Assembly (NCBI RefSeq): GCF_021028975.2
Contig: NC_059427.1
Location: 110,050,001 to 110,114,000 of the forward strand
Length of the DNA stretch: 64,000 nt
Direction of reading: 5' to 3'
Source of the DNA: Sphaerodactylus townsendi
Taxonomy: Eukaryota
Under the pieces are notes generated by a model. The model saw only the letters and a list, made by a program, of their open reading frames with translations, had not been told where the DNA came from and searched no databases. The translations under genes and the position numbers were made by a program. Shown piece by piece: positions 34,501 to 46,433 of this stretch. The number at the start of each line of letters is the position of its first letter. Within the stretch, counting starts at the first letter, position 1.

Positions 34501-36992
34501 GCAGACATCAAGTGCATGGTGTACTCATTGTCACTGTTTTAACAGGGTGCAGAATGTATAATGAAAGGTTCACACACAGTTGACTTCCGGTTTGGATCAC
34601 GACATTCTGGGTGATCTCCAGCCCTCACTTGGAGGTTGGCAAGCCTAGTTCTCCTGGAGGAAACGGCTGCTCTGGACAGTGCAGTCTAGGGCATTACACT
34701 CTTGTTTCCCCTCCTCAAACCCCACCTTCCTTGGGTTCCACTCCAACACTTAAGTCTCCAGGAATCCCTCAAGCTGGAGTTGGCAACCTTATCTCCTTCC
34801 CATCCAACAGCCAAACTACCTTTATCTGCCTATCTTTTCTGTCTCCTTCCTCCCCTTGCAGCCTCTACCTTGGAAAACTACAGTCTTTCCCAACAGTGGG
34901 GACTAAAGAAGCTTCCTCTCCTTTTTGTCCACACACAACCCTGTGCGGTAGGTTACACTGAAAGTATGTGACTGGTCCAAAATCACCCATGAGCTTCCAC
35001 AGCAAGATGGGGATTTGAGCCTACAGCACACAGAACCTTCTCTGAAGCCCTAGTCTAATCTCTACACCACACTGGCTTTCACAGGGTGGTTGCTGTTAAA
35101 CAGTAGAAAGCAGCCAGAACTAGTTGAGTCATCTAGTTACCGAGAGGTTGCTCCCAGGCCCAGGGTTGCCAACCCTAGGGGTATAAATTGAATTTTTAAA
35201 AAACCCTCTAGGTAGGACCTAGAGATCCCCTGGAATTAAAACTGAACTCTAAACAACAGAGATCTGCCCCCCCCCCCCCCGGCCTCTCCCAACGCTGTCT
35301 TTCTCAGACTTTACCATAAAATATCCAGGAATTTCCCATCCTGGAGCTGGCAGTACTCACTGACCACAGTGAGTCCTCCCTCATAGGCAAAAGATAGGTC
35401 CAGAAAGTGCTCTACCCCCCCCCCCTTCCCTTTACTTCCCTTTGCTGATAGAAATTTTTTTTGGAATGCTGTAGTTGCCTAGCAACAGAAACTGAGGGAA
35501 TCCACTGCTTAAAGCTACAGGTGCTCATTTTGGGGTTATTAAAATCCCCAAACTTGCCCAAAACCTTTTTATAATTCACATTTTTCAGCAAATCTGGGGT
35601 CTTTTTCAGGTTTGTAGAAACATTTGTCTTGCTGTTTCACAGCTCCAGTCACCAGGTTTAAATATCCAAAGATTTGGCAACCTCACTATTAAAACATAAG
35701 TGAGGACTCACAAGAAACTTGCAGAGTGTGTGAATCCCTTCCTCCCCACTTTGCTTCATTCCCTCTTTCCTCCACCCTTGAAGTTCTTCCCACTTACCCA
35801 CCAACAACTGCTGGTAACTTCTTTTGAAACGGCAGCTTCCCCTCACCGGCCCAGCTGGGGCAAGGTGTGCAGCTGCCCCACAAAGGACAGAGGCAGCTGC
35901 TGTGGGCCTGATTGGGCCAGTAGGGGATGGAGGCTATATATGCAGGCTCTAGAGCAGCTACCTCCATCTCCCACTGCCACACTGAAACCCAGAGCATCTG
36001 CCTCCATCCCGCAATGGCACAACAGCTTGGCAGCTTTCCTCCTTGGACCTGGCCACCAGTTTAGCAGGTAAGTACACTGCACATGAGCAGTCTTTCCTTT
36101 AAAAGGGGGGGATTTAAACCCCAAGTCTGCAGAAACATCTGTTTGGGGTGAGCAGGCCTCCCATCTGTGGATTTAAATACGTGCAGGCAGAGAGCATATG
36201 TGGGAGTTCGATATATAGAAGAGGAGAATGACATCAATGATGATGGTGATATGCATACTCTATATAGTTCCTCATAGTCATTAAGCAGTGGCATCCTGTA
36301 GTTTCTGAGTTTTCAAGGGCCAACCCACATGCAGCATGTTTCAGTGGTCTAGCCCTCAGGTCACTGTGGCAAGGATCCCTGTGGCCACCAGATTAAGATT
36401 GGGAGTCAACCTCAGGCCTAACTGAGAAAGGAAGAAAGCATTTTTGGAGTTGAATTAACTTGCTTCTCTTTCAGTACTGATGGTTCCCGTACAGCTACCA
36501 CACGCCTAACTGAATCAGCGAGAGTCAGCAGGCAGTATAAACATGGGAAGCTCAATACCCTCAAGACCTCATCTTTCCCAACCAGAATTACCTCCTTCAT
36601 ATAAGCATTCACCTTTAAAAATGTAACTACAGTACCCAAGCACTGGCTCAGGAGCTCTGCAGCACTATTAGACAGTCTACACAATAATCTGCATATTGAT
36701 GACATGCAACTGCAAAACTGCAGATGATCTCTCCCAAGGAGTTGAGACTGAACATGGGAAATGAAACTGAGCCTTTTGGAGCCCACACAAGGCAAGTTGT
36801 ACACTGCTGACAGCTAGTCTCCAATAGCAACCATCTTAGTCCAATTCATAAGAATTGATTTAAACCAGGGGTTCCCAACTTTTTAGTGCCTGCAGGTACC
36901 TTTGAAATTCTGATACGTTGCGGGGAACAGCCACAAAATTTCTGTTGCAGGAAGTGAAGCCATACACACAGGAAAAAGTCTAATTGCAGAGA

Positions 36993-37086
36993 AAATTTGG
37001 AATTTTTAAAATTTGGAATTTTTAAAATTTGGAATTTTTAAATTTGTAATTTTAAAATTTGGAATTTTAAAATTTGGAATTTTAAA
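36993..37086. repeat. AT-rich minisatellite (~15-16-bp unit AAAATTTGGAATTTTT, about 6 copies) inside a decayed hAT-like MITE
   Basis: Directly visible tandem units. Confidence 0.9.
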
Positions 37087-38729
37087 AAAATATGCTGTGA
37101 AAGTGGAGTGGAGGAGAATAAAGACAAAATGGTGGTGGCAGTTACTACTGAAATAATACTATTTTAATCTGCCTAGCCAATCAGTTCTCCAGTGGCTCAT
37201 CAGAAGCTCTACTGGGTAAGAACCCTATCTAGCTCCAATCACTTTCTAAAAATATTTGGTGGGCACCAAGAAAGGTGTCGTCAAGCTCCATGATACCCAC
37301 AGACAAAATGCTGGAGATCTCGGATTTAAGCCATTCCAAAGCACATCTCTTGAACAAGTTGAAGCTGAAGCCTGACATGACATAGGATTAGCCAGAATCT
37401 TACAGAGCATTGCACGCCCCATAGCTGATGGATCTAGCTGACACTCACTGACTTAGTGAGGAGCCCACAGGTTACACTGTACTCAGCATTCTAAGTTAAT
37501 GCAGTAAGTTAATGCAGCTGCAAAAATACCACTTTCATTTAGCTTGCAAAATGGCTCCCTATCTTGATCTGTCCCCAATGTCTATAAATTTAAATAATAA
37601 AATAAGTAAATAAATAAATGATCCATGTCCCAGTAAGCTTGCAGCTAGACTATTGTTATGTACTCTATATAGGTTGGCCTTTAAAGTCAACTTGAAAACT
37701 CAGCAAATACAGAACATAACAGCTTGGTTACTATCCAGAGATTAGTGGAGCATGCACATAACAACTGTTTTGTAGTCTATCCATTGGTTATGTGCATTTT
37801 CTTTGGTGGCAACCACCTGTGGAACAACATGCCTAAGGCGGTCAGGAAGGCTCCAATGCTTTCATCATTCCATAGAATTAGTAAAACTGAAATCTTCACC
37901 AGATCATTTTAATCAAGGGATCAGAATGGCAGTCCAATGGAAGAATCCAGGAGGGTGCTTGCATTCTATTCTAATATTTACTGTATTTCACTTACTTTCA
38001 TTGCTCTCTCTCATACCCCTGTAAACATCTCTCAGCACTGCTGGCAGTATATTATGCCGCTGACAGTTTTGTTTGCATTGTTCCTTACTTTACGTAATCC
38101 TAGTCATAATGCATTGTTACAGCGTGTCTCATGCTGTCTGACTGAATTGTTTCCTATATTTTGTAATCCATCTTAAGCCTCATTGAGAAAGGCGCACTAC
38201 AAATGAAGTTTAAAAAATACCAAGCGACTCTCAGTACAGCTTGTGCTGAATGAGGTAAATGAATACCTACAACTGACACCAAACTCTCCACCTTATCAAA
38301 GGCTTTTGATAGCTTCAGGAACAAGAAGGAAGCACATTCTTTGTCTACATTCAAATAGAAACCAGCTAAAGCCACCCATCATCTCTGCTTCATAGTCTGG
38401 TCTTATTGAAAGGAACTAGGGCAGATGTGTCATTCAAAAAGGCCTGGAGTTGCTCTGGCACTACTCTTTGACATAAACAATTTACAGTGATAGGTACATA
38501 TGCAAAAACTGTGACTAGGTAATTGTCCCTTGTGGTTTATTTTTTGCTTCTAGAATTCTTTCAGGATTTTGTTATCATATTCCACTTTGAGCACCTTGTA
38601 GGTGAAAAAAAACCATGTGTAAATAAGCGAACTCCATCTTTTCTTTCCTCAACTCTAAATAAGTGAGGAACTAAACCACAGCCACCTTTAAGAACACAGC
38701 TCCAGAAGAATGGAGTTGTTGAGGCCCAA

Positions 38730-39360
38730 CCCAGCAAACACGCGCACTGCTGTGCGAAGGAGTCCAACTCGCTCCAAGCAAGGCCAGCTGACGTGAAGGC
38801 TTCGCTGCAACCGACCGGCGAAACTCAGCGCACAGGACCGCAGGGCCACTTTCTAGTCAGCGGCTGCGTCAGCCTTCCTTGCAGAGCAGCCGGCTCCTTC
38901 GCACGAGGGGTGTGTCCCCAGGGGCGGGCTCAGGAGGAGGGGGAGTCCCCAGGGCTGCCGTGTGACGCCCCGTCCGTCTTCGGACACGGAAGTGGAGGCC
39001 TGTGGGGAAGCGAGAACCGGAGTGGGGCTCGCTCGGGGGCCATGGCGCCGACTGGCCTGAAGGCGGTGGTGGGCGAGAGTGAGTGCGGACTGGGCATTGA
39101 AGTGGGGGGCGGGCGGTGCTGTGCTGTGCTTGGACCAGCGCGTGTCTCTTCGCTTTCCCGGGCAAAAGACTTGCAAATGTGTCGTTTCCTCCGATCTCTC
39201 TGTTTTTGCGCGCCCTACCAAAAAGCGTGCCTGTCCCATTGGAGGCAAACGCGTATGTGTGGGTGTGGCGGGGGGGGGGACGGGCGGGGGTGATGGTGGT
39301 GGTGTTTGACCCACATCTTTTACTGCACGTCAGAACTCCACACTTCTGATCGTTTTCGCA
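38730..39360. promoter_or_regulatory. CpG island / promoter of STXBP2
   Basis: Abrupt GC and CpG enrichment around exon 1; GC box (GGGGCGGG) and ETS-type CGGAAGT motif. Confidence 0.85.
39042..39078 (+). CDS. STXBP2: Syntaxin-binding protein 2 (Munc18-2), exon 1
   Basis: gccATGG Kozak; MAPTGLKAVVGE(K); donor A|GTGAGT; 37 nt. Confidence 0.95.
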
Positions 39361-42300
39361 GGTCACCTTCTCTGATAGGAGGATCCTTGAAGGGGGGCAG
39401 GGCTGAGCAGCCCCTCCTTTCCCAGGGGAATTGGGCCACTGGTTGAACCTGTTCTGATAAGCTCCTGTCGTTCTCTTTCTTTTCCACCGTTACAGTAGTT
39501 TTAGGTTCTTTTGCCCCTTTTCCTCTAACATCCCATGGACAAACTCGTTGGGTTTTAACCACAAAGCTTCTTCCGTACGGGTTGACTGCAAGTGTAGATT
39601 GGAATCACTCTGTCTCTGACAGATATCCCTTAGCCCCTTCAACCAAATAGTAGGAAATTGATCTTGAACTGTTGTTTTGTCGTTGAACTTCTTATAGGGT
39701 TTGTTTTTATCAAGTATTTAAGTTTAGCTAGTGGGTATACTGAATTATGTTCTTTCTTCTTGGAACCTGCCCGAAGGGATCCCCTAGTTGTGGTGCTGTT
39801 TTCTCTAAGATTAGCAGCTTCAGCTGTCTCCAGGATGATCAACCATCTTATTCCCTTTTTTTGCTTTCAGTAGTTCTCTTAGGGTCAAATTCAACATCTT
39901 TATGGCCTCCACAAGGCTGGCACTACCATTTTAAAGTGATGTAAAAATGCTGCAACAGCTTGATCCTGATTGGGCCTGTGACACTTTATCAGGTGTTCAC
40001 ACACACACTGCTGTTTTGATAAGATGTAGCTAGTTACTCAATCATATCTAATTTGGTCCTCATCCTTTCTGATTCATCACCATCTTCCTTCAATTGTATT
40101 TCACCACTATTGCTATCTGACTGAATAAGTCTGTTATGTTTTCCTTGACAGGGGCTTGGACAAGCCTGATAAAATGGCAGGAGTTGGGTCAGGTTGCTAA
40201 AAATTCTTCTGTCCAGTCTCCTGTACCATCATAGTCCTCGCATATATGCCAATTTTGAGTTAGCCGAGCCTGTTCTTGTTAGAAATGAACTGTTCTTCAT
40301 TTTAAAATAAAATATTTCACCAGGGAGTGGCTTTTCAGTTTAACACTAAAGTGCACAGTCTTATTTACACTTTCTGAAAAGTAAGTCTAAAAGACTAAAT
40401 ATACTAAGGGTAAGGGCTATAAGATCGTTGGCAGCAGGTTAGGTCCCTGCGTTATGTAAGGCAAGGGATAGGAGATCAATTTGCTTGTAATGCTCATGTT
40501 ATATCGTTTTGTTAAAGTAAGTTTAGGTTAATGTGCATTATTCATTTAACTAATTCATATGAAAGAAAAGGAAACATTTTAGAATCTCATTCCTTCCTTC
40601 TCGGAGCTGTGCTTGCCAACTAAACTTCATAAGTGTCTGCATTCTTAGGGTTGCAGTATGTAACCCTTTATTTTATATTCACAAATAAGCCGAAAGCATT
40701 GTTAGGATCTGACCTTTGTAAAAGGTTAACAATGCACCCCCCCCCCCCGCCTGTTTTCTTAATGCCACATTGACTGGGTTTCCTAACTTCTTAAGTGCAC
40801 TAAGGAGCTGAATGATTAAACATTAGTAACTGACTGTTGTTAAAATCTGTTGCATTCTCTACATACGCACATTACTATTTTGTTTGTCATCACTGAGCTG
40901 TATTTGTACATGATGCAGTAGCTAGTTGTGACGTTGTCATTGTTGCAATGAGGAAATGGTGAGTAGCTCTATGTCATTATTGATGCTTTGGAATCTCTGC
41001 CCTACAAACTCCGAGCCTTCATCCTCAAGTCTTTATGTAGCAACTGAGCTCATAAACAGGATGACGCAGTTAAAACCTTTCCCTCATGGAAAACTAAGAT
41101 AAATAAGGCCTCATTCTTTGCTACTGCTGCTATTAGTGCTTATAATTGGCTGATCTTTTATAACTTTTTGATGTGTTTGCTTTCACAACAACCTTGTGAG
41201 ATACATTATTATTGCTGAAGGTCAGTCAATGAGTCCATAGGAGATGTGGGAGTTATAGATTAAGTCCAAAGGGATATATTGGTTTGCTTTCATTTATATT
41301 TAATATCTGGGAATATCTTTGGATGGCCTAGGAAGGAAAGCCGGTAGAGATGATGTGAGTGAAGATGGAAGACTTTGCCCATTCCCCACCCATTATCTGT
41401 AATTATCAGCAAAAGCTTTTGACTAAATCTTCTTTGCTGTACTCACTACCCTCATAAAAGATATCGAAATTTGGATTTTAAAAGGTGAAAGTAGAACCTT
41501 CCAGACTTATGTGTAACTAGGCATGCTTAACAAGTTACACATTTATAACTCATTTTTGCTGACTATTGGAAGGATTTTTCTAATTTTTAGACCTGTCAAC
41601 TGACTGAAGATTTTTATTTTATTTTGAGAGGTGCACATTTTACTCAAGATGTTAATTTTAAATCAGCAATTTTTTATACAGCATGTTTTGCAATTCTGGC
41701 CGTTTTAAACTGCAATAGATTCATAAGGATTGTTTAAATTACCATGTAAAACCTAGCCGTCCCTTAGAAGCCTCAAAGTGCTGTTCATTTAGAAGCTTCA
41801 TTTCTTGGGCTGTGTTGCCAATATAAGGTAGTTGAGTATTCTGACCATGAGATTTTACTTCTTCCCTTTCCCTATAAAGTGTCCCATAACCACTGGCTTC
41901 CTGTACTACTTTCAAAAGAGGGTAAAGATTCCGGGCTGTTTTAGATTCTTCATCAATTACTTTCTTTGTCTACTTTTTAGTTGATTAATCCATTGCCTCT
42001 GTCTATTTTCAAGCCCACATTGAGGACAATATTATGCGAGTCTAACATTACATTGCTCTAACAAACAATGTATTAAAATAGTCTTGTACAAATATTAAGT
42101 AGTGGTTTTCCTTCCCCCTCCCATTGCTACATATCTGGTACACTTCTGGTGCCCACCAAGTGTTTTTCAGCAAGTGGGTGGTGCCAGGTAGGGTTCTTGT
42201 CCACAAGGCTTCTGACTGACTACTGGAGATTTGATTGGATGTACAGATTTTTTTAAAATGTTGTTTTGACAGCAGCTGCCACCACAGCACAAGAACCTTC

Positions 42301-43745
42301 ACTGTCGTAATGAAGCTAAACTGTGGCAATCATTTTCTGACTGGCTGAACCTCCCACAACAGCCATTTTAAGGCAGCCATTTTGTTGCTGCACTCGCCAT
42401 GCAATGAATTTCAGATATGCCCACAGGCTCAAAAACTGTGGGGACCCCTGAAAAGCGTGATGAAAGGGGTAGCTGTGTGAAGCTACCATTTATTTTGCAG
42501 CCGGTCATAAAGTGAATAGCTATTTGAAAGCCTGATTTTAAAAGAGCAGGAGTAATTTAACTACCAAAGAAACATTAAGCTGTCTTGTCCTAAGTGAAAA
42601 GATTGTACTAGTAAGTTGTTGTTTTTTAGTTTCTAACATTTCAGTAACTTCGAAAGGGCAGTGTTATGGCTAATGCCTATTATCTAATTTGTACTATGTA
42701 TGTTAGATATATGGCTGATTGACTGGACCACAAAGGGAAGGGTGGAGCATAAAATACCCACAGTTTGAAGACAGCTTTCTGCCCAAGTCTAGAGTTTGGT
42801 TGAAATTGGTCGGTTTGCCCGCCTTTGTGACAGGAAATCATTGTGCGATTTCCATGGTTGTTACTTGCAGTAATTTTTTCCAAATCCATTTGAGATAAAC
42901 TTGTTCAGACGGGGATGGTAGTGAATGGAAAGGGTTTATATTGAATTATGTGACCAGAATTAATGACTCTGCAGTCAATCATTCCTGTATTGATGGTACA
43001 TTATTGTGGAATGAGTTGGCCATGCTCCAGACAATGTCACATGTTTGATTCCGCATAGATTCATGCTTGCCATCTATTCACCATACCTTGAAAATCTGTT
43101 ACAATTGTGTACCAATATGGGTCTGATCTGATCCATAAGGTACTGTCAACATGCTTACAGCATGCTTTGACAATGGCAGTGTGACAGGAAATCAGTATAA
43201 GCCATCTGAAAACTGTGGCTGCTGTGATCATATGATGGAGCTTAGACATTCTCTGTGGCAAGAAAAGGAAATGCAGCAGAGTGGGGTGGGGGAGTAATAT
43301 GGTGTGGAGAAATGCATTTTATTTTGAGATTTGGGCTTTGCAAAACCACCACATTTGGTTGGCAGAAGACAGCATTGCCCATCTTGCCAATAACTGTAGC
43401 AAATACCAACCATTGAAGCTTTGTAAGTACAAATGACCCTGCTTGGCAAAAACAATGAAATAGCCATCTCAACTCTGCTTGGAATTTGAAACCTAGGAGG
43501 GACACAAAGCTTAGCAGAGTGTAAAAGGATTGATGGCATCTTCCTAGATATTTCAGGAAAGGATTATTTGACCTTGTTGGTGGGACATCAGAAGAGATAA
43601 AACCCTTGGCACTCAGGGAAAGGGGGCCATTTTGGCTAATTCCAGCTAGAGGAAGGAGCTCTCATACCTGAGGTCCATCTTAATGGCCACCATTGCCACA
43701 TGGAACACATAGAGGTTGGTCTGTGTAGACAAAGTCCTTAAGGTA

Positions 43746-44132
43746 TAAGAACATAAGAACTAGCCTGCTGGATCAGACCAGAGTCCATCTAGTCCAGCAC
43801 TCTGCTACTTGCAGTGGCCCACCAGGTGCCTTTGGGAGCTCACGTGCAGGATGAGAAAGCAATGGCCTTCTGCTGCTGCTGCTCCTGAGCACCTGGTCTG
43901 CTAAGGCATTTGCAATCTGAGATCAAGGAGGATCAAGATTGGTAGCCATAGATCGACTTCTCCTCCATAAATCTGTCCAAGCCCTTTTTAAAGCTATCCA
44001 GGTTAGTGGCCATCACCACCTCCTGTGGCAGCATATTCCAAACACCAATCACACGTTGCGTGAAAAAGTGTTTCCTTTTATTAGTCCTAATTCTTCCCCC
44101 CAGCATTTTCAATGAATGCCCCCTGGTTCTAG
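43746..44132 (-). mobile_element. CR1-type LINE 3' end
   Basis: (ATAAGAAC)n tail on the + strand, then the reverse complement of a CR1 C-terminus (ctagaaccagggggcattcattgaaaatg...). Confidence 0.85.
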
Positions 44133-45561
44133 TAATGGAAAGGTAATGGAAAGAGCTTAAAGAGCCTGTATTAGAATAGGACCAACTAGGTCAATGTGTC
44201 AAGTTAAAGGACAGAGGAATGCATGTTTATTCATTTTCTTAGTTTTCCTTGCTCGCTCTAGTGCTGTGTACAGAGTGTGGGGGCTTTTTCTTTTAGTAAA
44301 TTCATTATTATTTTAAATGCTTTCAGTTTTTCTCTATACCAGTTAGACTTTCCATCATTCAACCATGCTATTTGTAGTGGGCACCAGTGGAAGGGAGGCA
44401 GTTGGTCACTGAATCGCTATTTCTCTGGGAGTGTGCAAGTGCAGTAAACTATCCACAAAGTAACCAGTCACTGGGTAGCAGAAGATATGGGCAGTATACT
44501 GAAGGAAAAATGAGAGTGATAAACCTCTCCAAGGGTGAGGTGGACCAGGAGAGCAGCATGTTAGCAGATAGTGGCTCAGGACAACCTAGCCATCTCAGAT
44601 GGTTGGAAAGGAGTGGTGCTCACAAATGAGTGGGGCTGTTCTGCCACATATAGCAACAGGCAACAATAGGCCATCTTCATGAACCTGAACGCATACTTAA
44701 TATTTTTGTTGGTCAGTCCCATCTTCTCAGAGCCTAACTACACAATGCTTTTTTTCTGAAATATATCCCTAAGTTGGGTAGGCAGATGCACATTTGAATT
44801 GGGTGCACATTTGAATTGGGACCATGGCATGGGAGGATCTTAAACCTCTCCCCATGCTGTTTTCCTGACTTGAAACTACCCTGATTGTTTGCCTCACTGG
44901 AGAAACTTATCACAGACTGATGATCTATAAAGTTTTCCCCGCTGGGCAAATAGCAACCCCTGGGGTGTTTCCGGTTGAGAAAATAGTGCTTATGCTCCTT
45001 GTCCTTACACACCATGGTCCCTGATCCAAATCAGGCCTATGTGTGCTTAGAAAGCACAAAATTCCAACACTGTATTGGTTGACCCAATCAGTGGATGAAC
45101 CTAGGAAAAATATTTTGTGCAATTATGTTCTCAAAGGCTCTTCATTTCTCAGCTACTGGAATTCCATTCCACTTGGAAAAAAGCAGTGAGAGTTACAAGT
45201 TGCAATTTGTTCTAAAATAGTGGGCAAACTTTCTGGGGCTGGGAAGGGACAAAGACAAGGAATAATGGACATGTGGTATTTTGGATCGATTGAGAAAAGA
45301 TCCTTCCTCATCCTGCTGGTGAAATTCACTGCTGTGGAAGACACTTGCACCTGATAGCAGTCTAATGAAGACTGTATTTATAGGGCTGCATCTGTAGTCA
45401 GGCCTCATGCCTCAGAATGTTTATTTGTCATTGTTTAGAAGAAGCTTCACTCTGAATAATGCTAGACGTTCAAGCTAAGATTTCTTGTGAAGTTTTATCT
45501 GCGAGAATACAGAGGAAGGATAGGGATTGAAGGTTTCTAAGGGAAAGTGACCTGGATAGCT

Positions 45562-45718
45562 TAGGCTCACCTAATCTCGTCAAATCTCAAAGGCAAAGCA
45601 GGGTCAGCCCTGGTCACTTTTTGGATGGGAGACCACCAAGGAATACTATGGTCATTCATGCAGGGAAAGGCAATGGTAAACCACATATGAATGTCTCTTG
45701 CCTGTGACTTGACAGCAG
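45562..45718 (+). mobile_element. 5S rRNA-headed Sauria-type SINE
   Basis: cctaatctcgtc...aagcagggtcagccctggt...ttggatgggagaccaccaaggaatac (5S internal control region-like) plus aaggcaatggtaaaccac tail. Confidence 0.75.
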
Positions 45719-46247
45719 GAAAAGAAGAGCAAAGGGGGAAACATGACTGGTAAAAGTAAGCTGGTGGTGTTATTCTTCAATATTTGCTGGAAATGAAACC
45801 ATAACTGGCTGAACCTGTCTAGTTGTTGCTCATGGAGTGTCTTGGTTGCTGGAACTGAATGTAGATATCTGATCTTCCAGGTATGGTCAATAAGAAAATG
45901 GCAGTGCAGAAGTAGAAAAATGTGAGGGCGGGAGGAGGGGGGAACAGGAGAGGAAGCTTTAGCAATTTCTAAGAAAGTAGTTTATTGTGTGAAATAATAA
46001 ACTGACACATTTTGGTGTGAAAGCTTTTTGTTTGGGCAGCTCCTTCTCTGAACTGTTATTTTAAAATGGGACATAGCAGTATAGAACAGTCTGTACACTG
46101 CTTTGTTCTTGAGTTGGGGATGGATCGGAACCCTGATCCAAATCTCTTGTTTTGTGTGAAGCCACACCCTCAGACTGCTTGTACAGCTATCCTTGCAGCT
46201 ACAGCTTGGAGAGAACCATGTTCAGGGCCTTAATAGACACTCTGTCT

Positions 46248-46433
46248 CAGTGGTTCTCAACCTGGGGGTTGGGATCCCTTTGGGTGTCAAACAACCCTTT
46301 CACAGAGGTCGCCTAAGACTCTCTGCATCAGTGTTCTCCATCTGTAAAATGGATAAATGTTAGGGTTGGGGGTCACCACAACATGAGGAACTGTATTAAA
46401 GGGTCACGGAATTAGGAAGGTTGAGAACCACTG
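46248..46433. mobile_element. SPIN (Space Invader, hAT) MITE
   Basis: CAGTGGTTCTCAACCT...cccttt cacagaggtcgcctaagac...gggggtcaccacaacatgaggaactgtattaaagggtc...aggaaggttgagaaccactg; TSD CTCTGTCT / CTCTATCT. Confidence 0.9.

Noticed and set aside
35700-36071. VCSC...CCGPDWAS motif resembling resistin exon 4
   Set aside because: Only a 4-residue match, with wrong Cys spacing and no ARCC
36418-36804. 128-aa ORF with FISHVQS, considered as PCP2 (GoLoco), which neighbours STXBP2 in human
   Set aside because: No GoLoco Q..RM(D/E)(D/E)QR core; adjacent sequence looks like decayed LINE
38793-39366. Several 150-166-aa ORFs on both strands
   Set aside because: Expected by-product of a stop-poor CpG island; the only supported coding part is the 37-nt STXBP2 exon 1
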